This document shows positions 8,518 through 19,053 of a stretch of DNA of 64,000 bases, piece after piece; the first letter of the stretch is position 1; each line of letters opens with the position of its first letter. Origin of the DNA: Spirochaetia bacterium. Its GTDB lineage: Bacteria > Spirochaetota > Spirochaetia > DSM-2461. The notes beneath the pieces were generated by a model, which saw nothing but the letters and a program-made list of their open reading frames with translations, did not search any database and was not told the origin of the DNA. A program made the translations under genes and the position numbers. Location: positions 4,896,001 to 4,960,000 of the forward strand of contig OY764216.1 of assembly GCA_963668315.1 (NCBI GenBank). Direction: 5' to 3'.

Positions 8518-10542
8518 ATGTTCAGCATCAACAGACAAACCAAAATAATTATTGACGGCAGCTTACGCGCCCGTCCGGCCGTTCAGAGAGGGGAAATACG
8601 CTTTCAGAGGGATTTACGGAATACCCTGCTTGAATCGTCAGAGGAGGGAACCTTCATCTATATGAAAGAAGATTCCTCCCTGTCCGAAGAAGAGTGGAGA
8701 ATAGAAGTTTCCCCGGAGGCCATGCATGTAGCGGCGGGGGGGGAACTGGGAGCGGTATACGCCCTTCTCCACATTTCCGAAAAGGCTCTGGGCGTCCTGC
8801 CCCTCTGGTACTGGCTGGATCAGGACTTCATCAGAACCGGGGCAAAATCCTATCCCCTGGAGCGTGAAGCCGGCCGGCCCGCCGCCTATCGTTTCCGGGG
8901 CTGGTTTATTAACGACGAGGTGCTCATCGACTCCTGGCGCCCTTCCGGGAATCCCGATGAAGCCTGGGAAATGGCCTTTGAAGCCCTTTTGCGGCTGGGC
9001 GGGAATATCGTTATCGCCGGAACCGATAAGAACAGCGGAAAGTACACCGCCCTGGCCTCTTCCATGGGGCTGTGGATAACCCAGCACCATTCCGAACCGC
9101 TGGGCGCGGAGATGTTCGCCCGGAAGTACCCCGGACTTTCCCCCTCCTTCGTCGATCATCCCGATCTGTTCATCGGTCTCTGGCGGGAAGGGGTCAGAAG
9201 CCTGGCGGGAAAGAAAGTCCTGTGGACCCTGGGTTTCCGGGGACAGGGAGACACCCCTTTCTGGGGAAAAGACCCCGCCTTTGATACGGATGAGAAAAGA
9301 GGGGCCCTGCTGACATCCATTGTGGAGAAGCAGATCGACCTCATCAAAGAAGAAACGGCCGATCCTATCCTCAGCTACAATATCTACGGCGAATCGGTCG
9401 ATCTCTACACCAAGGGGTTTCTTAAACTTCCGGAGGATGTCATACGGGTCTGGGGCGATAACGGCTACGGTAAAATGGTATGCCGCCGTCGGGAACTGGA
9501 GAATCCGCGGTACTCGTCCCTCCCTCCGGAAAAGGAGAAGGACCTGCCCCACGGCACCTACTACCATGTGTCCTTCTACGATCTTCAGGCGGCCAATCAC
9601 ATCACCATGATACCCGTTCCCCTTGGGCTGATTAAGGAGGAGCTGGAGGAGGCCTACGAAAGAGCCATAGACGACCTCATCATTGTGAATACCTCAAACA
9701 TACGGCCCCATGCCCTGTCCGCTTCCCTGCTGGCATCTTTCTGGAGGCGGGGCAGTCTGGACCTGGATGGGTCCCTCTCCTCTCTGGCCCGAGCCTATTT
9801 CAAAGCCCCGCCGGAACATATTGTCTCGGCGGTCCGCCGCTACGGAGATAACTCCCTGAGCTATGGAGACGAGATGGACGAGAGAGCGGGTGATCAGTTT
9901 TACACCTACACCCTCAGGGCGGTTCTCTGCCAATGGCTGAAACAGGAGATATCCCGCCCCGTACCGAGTATGGCCTGGCTCTCGGAAGAAGCCTTTCCCG
10001 CTCTTGTCGGGCTGCTGCGTGAGAAGGCGGAAGAGGGAGAGACGCGCTACAGCGGCCTTCTCTCGGAATACGGGGAGACGATCCCGGAAGGAGAAGATCC
10101 CCTCTTCGACAGCACCCTGCGCATGTACGCCCGGTTATATCGGCATCTTGCCCGGACCCTGAAGCTCTTTCTGGAATCGGCCCGGCTCTTCCTGGAAAAG
10201 AAATATCCCCAGGCCTTCATGCGTTGCGGCAGCGCCGTGGAGGAAAACGATAAGGCGGAACAGGTTCTAAGAGAATGGGAAAAGGGGAAATGGACCGGAT
10301 TCTATGCCAATGACTGCCTGACCGACGTCAGCCAGAACAGCTACCTCCTGAAGGTTCTCATGGAACATATCCGGGCCTTCGGGGACGGTCCGGAATACTG
10401 GGCATGGCAGAGAAGGTACTCCTACAAGGCAGAAGACCGAAATATCGTTCTCATAACGAACTGGGAAAAGCATAAGGATGCCTGGAGCCTTTACGAGGCC
10501 ATAAAAGATCAGGCGGAGAGCGGGACACCGCCGAAGTTCTGA
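8518..10542 (+). CDS. Glycoside hydrolase family 115-like protein (alpha-glucuronidase-like)
   Basis: 'YRFRGWFINDE', 'FEALLRLGGN', 'HHSEPLG', 'LGFRGQGD.PFW', 'WGDNGYG' and 'GTYYH' motifs. GGAG SD before ATG 8518. Confidence 0.78.
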   Translation: MFSINRQTKIIIDGSLRARPAVQRGEIRFQRDLRNTLLESSEEGTFIYMKEDSSLSEEEWRIEVSPEAMHVAAGGELGAVYALLHISEKALGVLPLWYWLDQDFIRTGAKSYPLEREAGRPAAYRFRGWFINDEVLIDSWRPSGNPDEAWEMAFEALLRLGGNIVIAGTDKNSGKYTALASSMGLWITQHHSEPLGAEMFARKYPGLSPSFVDHPDLFIGLWREGVRSLAGKKVLWTLGFRGQGDTPFWGKDPAFDTDEKRGALLTSIVEKQIDLIKEETADPILSYNIYGESVDLYTKGFLKLPEDVIRVWGDNGYGKMVCRRRELENPRYSSLPPEKEKDLPHGTYYHVSFYDLQAANHITMIPVPLGLIKEELEEAYERAIDDLIIVNTSNIRPHALSASLLASFWRRGSLDLDGSLSSLARAYFKAPPEHIVSAVRRYGDNSLSYGDEMDERAGDQFYTYTLRAVLCQWLKQEISRPVPSMAWLSEEAFPALVGLLREKAEEGETRYSGLLSEYGETIPEGEDPLFDSTLRMYARLYRHLARTLKLFLESARLFLEKKYPQAFMRCGSAVEENDKAEQVLREWEKGKWTGFYANDCLTDVSQNSYLLKVLMEHIRAFGDGPEYWAWQRRYSYKAEDRNIVLITNWEKHKDAWSLYEAIKDQAESGTPPKF

Positions 10543-10562
10543 CTTATGTATCCGATCCGGTA

Positions 10563-12020
10563 TCACAGGTCGGATACGGCTGTCACCCTGTTCCGCCCCG
10601 TCTGTTTGGATCTGTACATGGCTTTGTCTGTTCTGGCGATAAGCGATTCAAGGCTGTCCTCCTCGGCAGCCTCGCCTACTCCGATGCTCAATGTCAGCCG
10701 TCCGGCGCTGTCTTTTCCCGTACCGTAGCGTATGCTTTCTGCGGCCCTGCGGATTTGCTCCGCCTTTCCCCGGGCATCCTGCTCGCTTGCCTCCATCAGG
10801 ATTACGAATTCGTCACCGCCCCAGCGTACGATCAGATCGGAAGGCCGGATAAGATGGCTGAATAGATCGGCCGCCTCCTTCAGAATGCGGTCTCCTTCGA
10901 GATGCCCCGAACTGTCATTGATCGCTTTGAAGTTATCCAGATCAATCAGAACGATAGACAGCCTGGTGGAATACCGGAGGTTCCTGTAATGGTAAATCTC
11001 GAACTGTCTGAACAGTTCCCGCCTGTTGGACGTCCCTGTCAGTGTATCCGTACCGGCCAGATCTTCCATCTGCGCCTCGAAACTTTTCAGGAAATGGTTG
11101 CTGAAAAGAAAGATCCCCCCCGCTATCACGAAGGTGATGATAAAACTGATGATGAGGCTTTTGCGCGCTTCGGTCAGACTGCTTTTCTCATCCTGCTCCA
11201 CGAAAACATGCCAGTCCAGTTCGGGAATATACCGGGAACTGATAAAGACCTTTCCCGAGGACGATGTATAGGTCATCTCCTTGAGATGGGAACCTTCCTT
11301 CATTAACTCCGGGGCGATAGGGGCCATTCCCTCGTCCTGGAAAATATTCACCTGTTCCACAAGGCTGATATCAGGGTGGACCTGGATGATGCCGTTTTCA
11401 TCGACCAGATAGATGTTTCTCCTGTACTGATCCCTTTTGTCCTGGAGAAGCCGGGCCACCGATCCCAGCCTGATGCCGACTCCGACGACTCCCAGAAAAT
11501 GGCCCTGCAGATCTTCAAGCCGGTTGTTAATGAAAATTGACAAAACGCCGTTGCTCGCTTCATCGGTATCCACATCGAGATCCACGGCTTTTCCGCCGTT
11601 CACAAAGGAGTAGTACCACACATCATGCTCGTCATCGGGGGAGATTTCCTTCAGGATCCCGTCGGAATAGTAGTAGCGGTTCGTCCTGCTGGAAACGAAG
11701 AAGGTCGTGAAGAAACCGTATTTCTCCTTCAGATTATTCAGATAAAGGATAATCTCATCGGCATCCTTTTCTCCGTCCAGTACCCAGTTTGTCAAAAAAG
11801 TATCCCGGGACATGGAAGAGGAGACGTTAAGCGGCAGAGACAGGCGATGCTGGATATCGGAGTAAATATTCTCGCTCAGGAGGGGAAGGGACGAACTGAG
11901 AATCTCCTTCTTAAGGCTTTTCTTGGTTCCGTAATAGAAGAAAAGGGCGGAAAGCAGAAAAACCAGGGTAATGGAGACGGTGATGAGTCCTACGGACAGA
12001 TTTTTTCTTTTAAAGGCCAT
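10563..12020 (-). CDS. Membrane-anchored diguanylate cyclase with extracytoplasmic Cache-type sensor domain
   Basis: Two TM segments flank a sensor domain. 'DLDNFKAIND..GH..GD', RxxD I-site (RPSD) and intact GGDEF. Confidence 0.9.
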   Translation of the reverse strand: MAFKRKNLSVGLITVSITLVFLLSALFFYYGTKKSLKKEILSSSLPLLSENIYSDIQHRLSLPLNVSSSMSRDTFLTNWVLDGEKDADEIILYLNNLKEKYGFFTTFFVSSRTNRYYYSDGILKEISPDDEHDVWYYSFVNGGKAVDLDVDTDEASNGVLSIFINNRLEDLQGHFLGVVGVGIRLGSVARLLQDKRDQYRRNIYLVDENGIIQVHPDISLVEQVNIFQDEGMAPIAPELMKEGSHLKEMTYTSSSGKVFISSRYIPELDWHVFVEQDEKSSLTEARKSLIISFIITFVIAGGIFLFSNHFLKSFEAQMEDLAGTDTLTGTSNRRELFRQFEIYHYRNLRYSTRLSIVLIDLDNFKAINDSSGHLEGDRILKEAADLFSHLIRPSDLIVRWGGDEFVILMEASEQDARGKAEQIRRAAESIRYGTGKDSAGRLTLSIGVGEAAEEDSLESLIARTDKAMYRSKQTGRNRVTAVSDL

Positions 12021-12194
12021 TCTGCCATCAATATACCACTAAGAATATTCCATTGTACATATGGATGGCCGATTTTATCTACGGCTTTTAATATATACAT
12101 ATTCACTTATAGAAATCCGATATTGAAAGAGTCCCCCAATAGTAGTATTCTCTTTTATATAAGGAACTTTACATCGACAGCCGGGAGAGTGCAA

Positions 12195-13568
12195 ATGAAT
12201 CAATCACTGGACAGAAAAATCGTGGAATATCTCAAGAGAAACAGGGACCAGTTCATCGGGGACCTACAGACCCTTGTGTCCTATAATTCGGTCAAGGCCG
12301 AAGCCGCGGAGGATAAACCCTTCGGGGAAATTACGGCCGCTCTGCTGGACAGGATGATGTCTCTCTGCCGTGATGAGGGATTGAAGACGACCAACTATGA
12401 CTATTACTGCATGGATGCGGAATACGGGCAGGGCGATGTGGTGGTAGCCTCGCTGAACCACCTGGATATCGTCCCCGCCGGTGACGGGTGGACCTGCGAT
12501 CCCTTCAAGGGAACCATGGTGGGAAATCTCATGTACGGCAGAGGGGTAAACGATAACAAGGGGCCCGCCCTGGCTTCTTTGTACGCCCTCAAATCCCTGA
12601 TTGATGCGGACGTCACATTCAAAAGAAAGATCAAGCTGATTTACGGCTGTGACGAAGAGACGGGCATGACCGATATGAAATACTATCTCTCAAAGGTCAA
12701 AGCCCCGGATTTCGCCTTTTCTCCCGACGCCAGCTTCCCCCTGATCTACGCCGAGAAGCACGGAATAAACGGAACCTATACGGCAGGGATTCCTGAGGGC
12801 TCCTCCCTCCTATCCATGAAGGCCGGTATCGCCGTCAACTCCGTCCCAGCCGTCGCGACAGCCGTGATCAGGTCGTCGGAGTGCCCGGAATCCACGGAAA
12901 AAGTGAAATACGAACTGTCCGGGGAGACCCTGACCGTCACGGCCTACGGTGCGGCCGCCCATGCCTCCCTTCCCCAGGAAGGGGAAAACGCCGTCATTAT
13001 CCTGATTAATGCCCTGTTGCCTCTCCTGGGAAAGGAGGACGGAGCGGGAGCTCTGCTGGAAAGTATGGCGGAACATCTGACCGACTATGAAGGCGCGGGG
13101 CTGGGAATAGCCTGCAGCGATGAACCCTCGGGGTCACTCACAATGAATCTGGGTATTGTCTCCTGCACCGACAGCATTCTGGCACTGCAAATTGATATCA
13201 GGCATCCCGTTACCCTTGACTGCCAGGAGACCATGGATAAACTGGTCCATGCCCTCCCCCTCTTCACCCTCTCGGAAATCGATATGCACAAGGGAGTCTA
13301 CCGGCCCAAGGACAGTGTTCTGGTTAAAACGCTTCTCAAGGTTTACAGGGACATAACAAAGGACAACAGAGAACCCCTGGCCATAGGCGGGGGAACATAC
13401 GCCCGGACCCTTCCCAATGCGGTAGCCTTCGGAGCCACATTCTCCGGCAGCAAATCGGGAGGCGCCCATGACTGCGACGAGCATTGCGACATCGATGAAC
13501 TTCTGGATGCGGCCAGGGTCTACGCCCACAGCTTCTTTACATTGGGAGAAGGACAGTACGGGGAGTAA
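12195..13568 (+). CDS. M20A Mn/Zn dipeptidase (PepV/Sapep family)
   Basis: 'HLDIVPAG.GW..DPF', 'GRGVNDNKGP', 'GCDEETG', 'SPDASFP.IYAEK', 'GGGTYAR' and 'AH..DE' motifs. True start taken at ATG 12195 (GGAG SD). Confidence 0.88.
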   Translation: MNQSLDRKIVEYLKRNRDQFIGDLQTLVSYNSVKAEAAEDKPFGEITAALLDRMMSLCRDEGLKTTNYDYYCMDAEYGQGDVVVASLNHLDIVPAGDGWTCDPFKGTMVGNLMYGRGVNDNKGPALASLYALKSLIDADVTFKRKIKLIYGCDEETGMTDMKYYLSKVKAPDFAFSPDASFPLIYAEKHGINGTYTAGIPEGSSLLSMKAGIAVNSVPAVATAVIRSSECPESTEKVKYELSGETLTVTAYGAAAHASLPQEGENAVIILINALLPLLGKEDGAGALLESMAEHLTDYEGAGLGIACSDEPSGSLTMNLGIVSCTDSILALQIDIRHPVTLDCQETMDKLVHALPLFTLSEIDMHKGVYRPKDSVLVKTLLKVYRDITKDNREPLAIGGGTYARTLPNAVAFGATFSGSKSGGAHDCDEHCDIDELLDAARVYAHSFFTLGEGQYGE

Positions 13569-13601
13569 TCCCGGGAATGATCCCGCGGCCGTGGGGGATG
13601 T

Positions 13602-14810
13602 TCAGTCTTCCTCCGGTACGGCCAGCACGGCGAGCCCCCCCAGGGATGTTTCCCGGTAGATGCTCATAAGATCCTTGCCCGTACGGGTCATGGTCTCCAC
13701 GGCCTCATCGAACTGAATCTTATGGGAGCCGTCGCTCAAAAGAGCGAATTCGGCATTGGCAATCGCCCTGCTGGCTCCCATGACATTCCTTTCGATACAG
13801 GGGATCTGAACCAGCCCGAAAATGGGATCGCAGGTGAGCCCCAGGTGATGCTCCAGAGCCATTTCGGCGGCGTATTCCACCTGCCGGGGAGTTCCTCCCA
13901 TCATCTGGGCCGCCGCACCGGCGGCCATGGCACTGGCCACTCCCACTTCGCCCTGGCATCCCACTTCTGCGCCTGAGATGGAGCCGTTCGTCCTGACGAC
14001 GTTACCGAGAAGACCGGCCGTGGCCAGAGCCTTGATCTGATCCGACTCGGAAAGATCAAAAACCTCGCGCATGGAGCGGAGTACGGAGGGAAGGACTCCG
14101 GCCGCCCCGCAGGTGGGAGCGGTCACCACGATGCCCCCGGAAGCATTCGTCTCCGCCACCGCCAGGGCATAGGAGAACAGCCTGGCCGAAGTGGCCAGAG
14201 GTTTCTTCAGCATTCCCGCCCTCTTGGAGTACATACTGGCTTTGCGGCTCAGTCCCAACCGGCCGGGGAGGACTCCTTCGTTGGCCAGTCCCTCATCCAT
14301 CGTCCGCATCATCCGCCTCAGTATCTCCCTCAGAAAGTCCTGAATATCCGGCCCCTCCTGCTCATAAACATATTCCCAGAGAGTAATCCCCTTCTTCCCC
14401 GTGTATTTCAGAATATCCCGCATATTCCCGTGGGGATAGACGTGGGCCGTCCCGTCCGCTTCCGAATCGCCGGAGGTACGAATGGAGCCGCCCCCTATGC
14501 TGTATCCGTCCCAGGCTCCCAAGAGGGCCCCCTCCTTCCAGGCCTCCAGGTGGAGGCCGTTGGGATGTTCGGGCATTTCATCCTTGGGAAACCACTGAAA
14601 CTCCACGTTTTTTTCCCAGAAGGTCTCCTTGATAACCTGATCCGTCAGATGCCCCTTCCCCGTGGCGGCGAGGCTGCCGTAAAGGCCGACCTTGTACAGG
14701 TCCGCATCGGGGTAACTGATAAGAAAGGCGGCCGCCGCCTTCTGGGGCCCCATGGTATGGCTGCTGGAAGGCCCGTGGCCTACTTTATAGAAACTTCTCA
14801 ATGAATCCAT
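13602..14810 (-). CDS. sdaA: L-serine ammonia-lyase, Fe-S dependent, single chain
   Basis: 'GPSSSHTMGP', 'YGSLAATGKGH.TD', 'TAPTCGAAG', 'GAEVGCQGEVG' and 'HHLGLTCDP..GLVQIPCIERN' motifs. Confidence 0.93.
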   Translation of the reverse strand: MDSLRSFYKVGHGPSSSHTMGPQKAAAAFLISYPDADLYKVGLYGSLAATGKGHLTDQVIKETFWEKNVEFQWFPKDEMPEHPNGLHLEAWKEGALLGAWDGYSIGGGSIRTSGDSEADGTAHVYPHGNMRDILKYTGKKGITLWEYVYEQEGPDIQDFLREILRRMMRTMDEGLANEGVLPGRLGLSRKASMYSKRAGMLKKPLATSARLFSYALAVAETNASGGIVVTAPTCGAAGVLPSVLRSMREVFDLSESDQIKALATAGLLGNVVRTNGSISGAEVGCQGEVGVASAMAAGAAAQMMGGTPRQVEYAAEMALEHHLGLTCDPIFGLVQIPCIERNVMGASRAIANAEFALLSDGSHKIQFDEAVETMTRTGKDLMSIYRETSLGGLAVLAVPEED

Positions 14811-14917
14811 TTCGAATGAATCCTCCCCTGGAGATTATCCGTTCACAGTATGCCATAACTGGACTCGCAATAACCACATGCGACTCCTCCCTCTTCCCGT
14901 ATTTTTTAAAAAAAACA

Positions 14918-15020
14918 TTGACAACTTAATAATACTAAGGCCATAATACCGGTACTATTATAGAACCAGTTATTGTATTCTTCTATGTTTTTCTCCGATT
15001 ATCTGAAATAACTGGTTCTA
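14918..15020 (+). promoter_or_regulatory. Promoter of the sugar ABC/GH29 operon with candidate GntR operators
   Basis: TTGACA 14918-14923 and CATAAT 14942-14947. Imperfect palindrome ACCGGTACTATTATAGAACCAGT at 14948-14970. TAGAACCAGTTATT (14961-14974) and AATAACTGGTTCTA (15007-15020) are exact reverse complements. Confidence 0.6.
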
Positions 15021-15084
15021 ATTTAAGATTGGAATTCACTTAATTCTAAGCCTATCCCAATTTTGAAAAATAAGGAGAAAGAAA

Positions 15085-16425
15085 ATGAAAAAGCAATTTT
15101 ACGCCATTTGGGCCGCGATTCTCGGCTTGACTCTCAGTCTTTCCGCCGCCGGGCAGACCGACGCCGCCCCATCCAATGAACTCCGGTTCATAGATGTATC
15201 CCCCAGTCCCACGAGGCAAGTGTATTTCACGGACACCTTTGCCAAATTCACCGGGGAAACCGGTATCAACGTGGTCTATGAGAGCGTTCCCTGGGACGAC
15301 GCGGCGAATAAACTGACCGTTCTCGGTGCCTCAGGCCAGCTTCCCGACGTTATGACCACCTGGGCCGGCTGGCTGGGTCAGTTTACCGAAGCGAACTGGA
15401 TTGAACCGCTGGCGCCCTATATCGGCGACACAAGCGATGAATATGCCGCCACCGTAACGAATCTCGTCTGGAAATCGGAAAAACAGCTCTATGGCAATAT
15501 TTATACGGTAACGGACGGAATGATGGTAAAGGGAGTCTTTGTACGGAAAGACTGGGCCGAGGAAGAAGGACTCGCCCTTGATCCTGCGAAGGGATGGACT
15601 TACAGCGAATATTTCGATACGGTTTACGCCCTCACCGACCCCGATAAAAACAGATACGGAACCTCCTTCCGCGGCTCCCGCGGTGCCTTCGATCCCCTTT
15701 TTGTTTATCTCGAAAGCCTCAATGGCGGTTCAGCCTATGCAGCTGACGGCTCCACACTCCTGGCCGATGACAAAGCGGTGGAGGCTTACCAGACCTGGGG
15801 CGACCTATATCTGAAGGGCGCGGCTCCTAAGGATGCCATAAACTGGGGCTTTGTCGAGATGGTTGATAATTTCGTAGGCGGTCTCACCGGAACCCTTATC
15901 AACGATTCCGAAGTGGCGGCCACCTGTATAGACAGGATGGAAAGTGCTCAGTGGATGGTCATGCCCATGCCCAAAAGCGACAAGGACGGTAAAATCTACA
16001 ATACGGTTAACTCCCCCTACGCCTACAGCATCTCTTCCACCTCGCAGAGTAAGGACAAGGCATGGCAGCTGATCCAGTTTCTCACCAAACCGGAAAACAA
16101 TATCGAATATTGTAAGCTTACCGGTCTGATTCCCATTAAAAAAGCCGTGGGAGACGACCCCTTCTACGGCCCCAACGGCCCCTATGCGGCCTTCGTGCAG
16201 CAGCTGAACGATCCCGATATGGTTGTTCCCGTAGCATACGGCCCCTTCAACTATACCGATATGCACCAGGGCATGATGCATGAGGAGCTCCAGAAATTCC
16301 TCCTGGGAAAGCAGAGCGCCAAGGAATCCCTCCTGAACGTCATGGCCGAACTGGAAAAGAGAATGAAGACATACCTGCAGGAAAATCCCGGCTCCACCGT
16401 AGAACAGCCTAAGGGACTCCTATAA
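15085..16425 (+). CDS. Carbohydrate ABC transporter (CUT1) substrate-binding protein
   Basis: Signal peptide, 'GQLPDV' and 'KDKAWQLIQFL' motifs. Precedes two permeases. AAGGAG SD. Confidence 0.88.
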   Translation: MKKQFYAIWAAILGLTLSLSAAGQTDAAPSNELRFIDVSPSPTRQVYFTDTFAKFTGETGINVVYESVPWDDAANKLTVLGASGQLPDVMTTWAGWLGQFTEANWIEPLAPYIGDTSDEYAATVTNLVWKSEKQLYGNIYTVTDGMMVKGVFVRKDWAEEEGLALDPAKGWTYSEYFDTVYALTDPDKNRYGTSFRGSRGAFDPLFVYLESLNGGSAYAADGSTLLADDKAVEAYQTWGDLYLKGAAPKDAINWGFVEMVDNFVGGLTGTLINDSEVAATCIDRMESAQWMVMPMPKSDKDGKIYNTVNSPYAYSISSTSQSKDKAWQLIQFLTKPENNIEYCKLTGLIPIKKAVGDDPFYGPNGPYAAFVQQLNDPDMVVPVAYGPFNYTDMHQGMMHEELQKFLLGKQSAKESLLNVMAELEKRMKTYLQENPGSTVEQPKGLL

Positions 16426-16435
16426 AATAACAACA

Positions 16436-16469
16436 TCTCTCAGGCCGGAGAGCACTCCGCCCTGAGAGA
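16436..16469 (+). terminator. Intercistronic stem-loop after SBP gene (partial terminator or mRNA stabiliser)
   Basis: TCTCTCAGGCCGGAG-AGCA-CTCCGCCCTGAGAGA inverted repeat without a U tract. Confidence 0.55.
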
Positions 16470-16493
16470 AGATTCGAACAGGAAGGAAATACG

Positions 16494-17477
16494 ATGGCAC
16501 TGCTCCTACTCTACTTATTCGGCCTGGTGATACTCTTCGCCGCGGCCCTGATGTTGCTCAATAAGATCATGCGGAAAAAGGGTGGAAAAGCCCCGTCCCA
16601 AAAGAAGAAGTATGAACCCTATCTTTTTCTCTTCCCCACGTTACTGCTTCTGATTCTTATGTTCGGCTACCCGCTGATAAACAGCTTCTCGATGGCATTT
16701 CAGAGTTATAAACTGACTAATCCGGGAAATATCAGCTTCAACGGCTGGGATAATTTCCGGAATCTCTTCAGCGACGGCGATATCTGGCTCATTATCAGAA
16801 ATTCCTTTGTTTATGTTGTCATATCAGTCTCATGTCAGCTGATTCTGGGTATGATCCTGGCCCTGGCTCTGAACAGAAAATTCAAGCTGCGGGGCGTGTA
16901 TCAGGCCATAGTCTTTCTTCCCTGGTCCCTCTCGGCATTCGTCATCGGCCTGATGCACCGCTGGTCATTCAACGGTGAGTACGGCGTGGTGAACGATCTT
17001 CTTATGAAGCTGGGAATCATCGGAGAGAAGATAGCCTGGCTCGGTACCCCCGGCTTCTCTCTGTCGGTGGTCATAATGGCCATGGTCTGGATGGGTTTCC
17101 CCTTCTTCGCCATTATGATACTGGCGTCTCTCCAGTCCATTCCCGCCGCCGTATATGAAGCGTCCCATATCGACGGCTGCGGGGCCCTGAGAAGGTTCTG
17201 GAAGATTACCATGCCCTACATCAAGCCGACGGTCATCGTAACCGTTCTGCTCAGGACGATATGGATCTTCAACTCCTTTGATCTGATCGTCGTCATTACC
17301 AACGGCGGTCCGGCGAACTACTCCCAGACACTTCCCTCGTACATGTATACCAAGGCTTTTTCCAGTTATGACTTCGGCCTTGCCTCCGCGCTGGGGGTTA
17401 TGCTCATCGCGGTATTGATACTCTACGTATTCTTTTTTCTAAAAGCAACAAAATATAATAAATCGGGAGAATTTTAA
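16494..17477 (+). CDS. Carbohydrate ABC transporter permease 1
   Basis: TM helices and EAA loop 'LQSIP..VYEASHIDGCG'. Confidence 0.9.
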   Translation: MALLLLYLFGLVILFAAALMLLNKIMRKKGGKAPSQKKKYEPYLFLFPTLLLLILMFGYPLINSFSMAFQSYKLTNPGNISFNGWDNFRNLFSDGDIWLIIRNSFVYVVISVSCQLILGMILALALNRKFKLRGVYQAIVFLPWSLSAFVIGLMHRWSFNGEYGVVNDLLMKLGIIGEKIAWLGTPGFSLSVVIMAMVWMGFPFFAIMILASLQSIPAAVYEASHIDGCGALRRFWKITMPYIKPTVIVTVLLRTIWIFNSFDLIVVITNGGPANYSQTLPSYMYTKAFSSYDFGLASALGVMLIAVLILYVFFFLKATKYNKSGEF

Positions 17478-18319
17478 TGGATTTCCGAATTAAACGGCTA
17501 CTCGGCAGCACAGGTCGATTCCTGATCCTTCTCTTTTTCCTCCTTCTGGTAGTCCTGCCGATTTACTGGATGCTCTCCAGCTCGCTCAAACCGGCTAATG
17601 AGATCATCAACGCGCAGAAAATCACCTACTATCCCCACAGCATGACCGGCGAAAATTACAGTCAGCTCTTCAGCCTTTACAACTACCGCCGGATGCTGAC
17701 CAACAGCCTGACCGTATCGATAGCCACCGGTTTCTGTATTACCCTGCTGGCCATCTTCGGGGGATACGGACTGGCCCGCTACCATTTCAGGGGAAAGGAC
17801 ACCATGCTGCTCTTCTTTCTGGCGACCCAGATGATACCGGGCATTCTGGTCATAATACCCCTGTATATCATCTTCTCGAAGATGGGAATCATCAATACCC
17901 ATTTCGGGCTGTTTCTTTTTTACCTTATTTCAAACTTGCCCTTCTGCGTCATAACCATGCGCAGCTTCTTCGAAAGGATCCCCTATACCCTCGAAGAAGC
18001 GGCCTATGTGGATGGATGCACCAAGATGGAAAGCCTCTTCAGAATCATCCTTCCCGTCATGTTTCCCGGAATCGTCGCCGTTTTTGTTTTCGCCTTTATC
18101 GGTGCATGGAACGAGCTGATAGCCGGTACGATCTTTATCAATACCTCAAATTTATGGACTGTTCCCGTGGGATTAAAATCGCTCATAGGAAAATATGATG
18201 TCAAATGGGGAGTTCTCATGGCGGGAGGAGTCGGCGCGCTCGTGCCCACCGCGTTAATGTTCGCCTTTATGCAGAAATTCGTCGTGGAAGGCCTTACGGC
18301 CGGAGCCGTAAAAGAATAA
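17477..18319 (+). CDS. Carbohydrate ABC transporter permease 2
   Basis: EAA loop 'IPYTLEEAAYVDGC' and C-terminal 'GLTAGAVKE'. TAATG overlap with the previous gene. Confidence 0.9.
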   Translation: MDFRIKRLLGSTGRFLILLFFLLLVVLPIYWMLSSSLKPANEIINAQKITYYPHSMTGENYSQLFSLYNYRRMLTNSLTVSIATGFCITLLAIFGGYGLARYHFRGKDTMLLFFLATQMIPGILVIIPLYIIFSKMGIINTHFGLFLFYLISNLPFCVITMRSFFERIPYTLEEAAYVDGCTKMESLFRIILPVMFPGIVAVFVFAFIGAWNELIAGTIFINTSNLWTVPVGLKSLIGKYDVKWGVLMAGGVGALVPTALMFAFMQKFVVEGLTAGAVKE

Positions 18320-18342
18320 AATAGGCGGGACAGGACCGAAGG

Positions 18343-19041
18343 ATGAATCATATAGAGCCGATTGCCAAAGACTTTCTGCACCAGAAGGTTTCCGACTCCC
18401 TTATAAGCTATATATTCCGCAACGGGCTCAAGCCCGGGGACAAGCTTCCCGGGGAGAGGAAACTCACCCAGGAACTGGGAGTGGGGAGAAATTCCGTCCG
18501 TCTGGGCCTGGCCCAGCTGGAGGAAGAGGGGATTATCGAGCGGATGGCCGCCAAAGGCGCCTTCGTCAAAAGGGAAGTGACCATGGACTCCCTGGAACTG
18601 AAGCTGATGAGAGTGGATTACATGGATCTTCTCGAAATTAAAATCAGTCTGGAACGGCTGGCGATACAGCGGGCTGTGAAAAGGGCGACCGATGAACAGA
18701 TAGCCGAGCTGAAAGGGCTGGCCCTGCAGCTGCAGGAGCTGGGCGACCGTAACATTTTCTCCCTGGAACTGGACAGAAGATTTCATACCGCCCTTCTCGA
18801 ATGCGGAGGCTCCCCTACCCTGATGCAGCTGGTAAAAAGTCTCATAGATAATCTTGACAGCTATATGAATATCCTCGGGGATACATCGGCCGTCTGGTTG
18901 AAGACGATTCCCTTTCATCTTGATATTGTGGAGGCCCTGGAAAATCGACAGCTTGAGTATGCCCTGGCCGCCCATCAGTATATATACCAATACGACACGA
19001 AAGTTCTGGAAGACCTTTCAGAAAAAATTACAAACAAATAG
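18343..19041 (+). CDS. GntR/FadR family transcriptional regulator (FCD domain)
   Basis: 'LKPGDKLPGERKLTQELGVGRNSVR' wHTH and 'LDRRFHTAL' FCD motif. Confidence 0.9.
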   Translation: MNHIEPIAKDFLHQKVSDSLISYIFRNGLKPGDKLPGERKLTQELGVGRNSVRLGLAQLEEEGIIERMAAKGAFVKREVTMDSLELKLMRVDYMDLLEIKISLERLAIQRAVKRATDEQIAELKGLALQLQELGDRNIFSLELDRRFHTALLECGGSPTLMQLVKSLIDNLDSYMNILGDTSAVWLKTIPFHLDIVEALENRQLEYALAAHQYIYQYDTKVLEDLSEKITNK

Positions 19042-19053
19042 AGAGAAAACTAT

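Noticed and set aside
11625..12194. 190-aa N-terminal extension of the dipeptidase ORF (647 aa in the track)
   Set aside because: It overlaps the diguanylate cyclase on the opposite strand and the AT-rich promoter. Peptidase similarity and an SD begin at ATG 12195.
15085..18319. Missing ATPase in the two CUT1 sugar ABC clusters
   Set aside because: Ordinary: CUT1 systems commonly share an MsmK/MalK-type ATPase encoded elsewhere.
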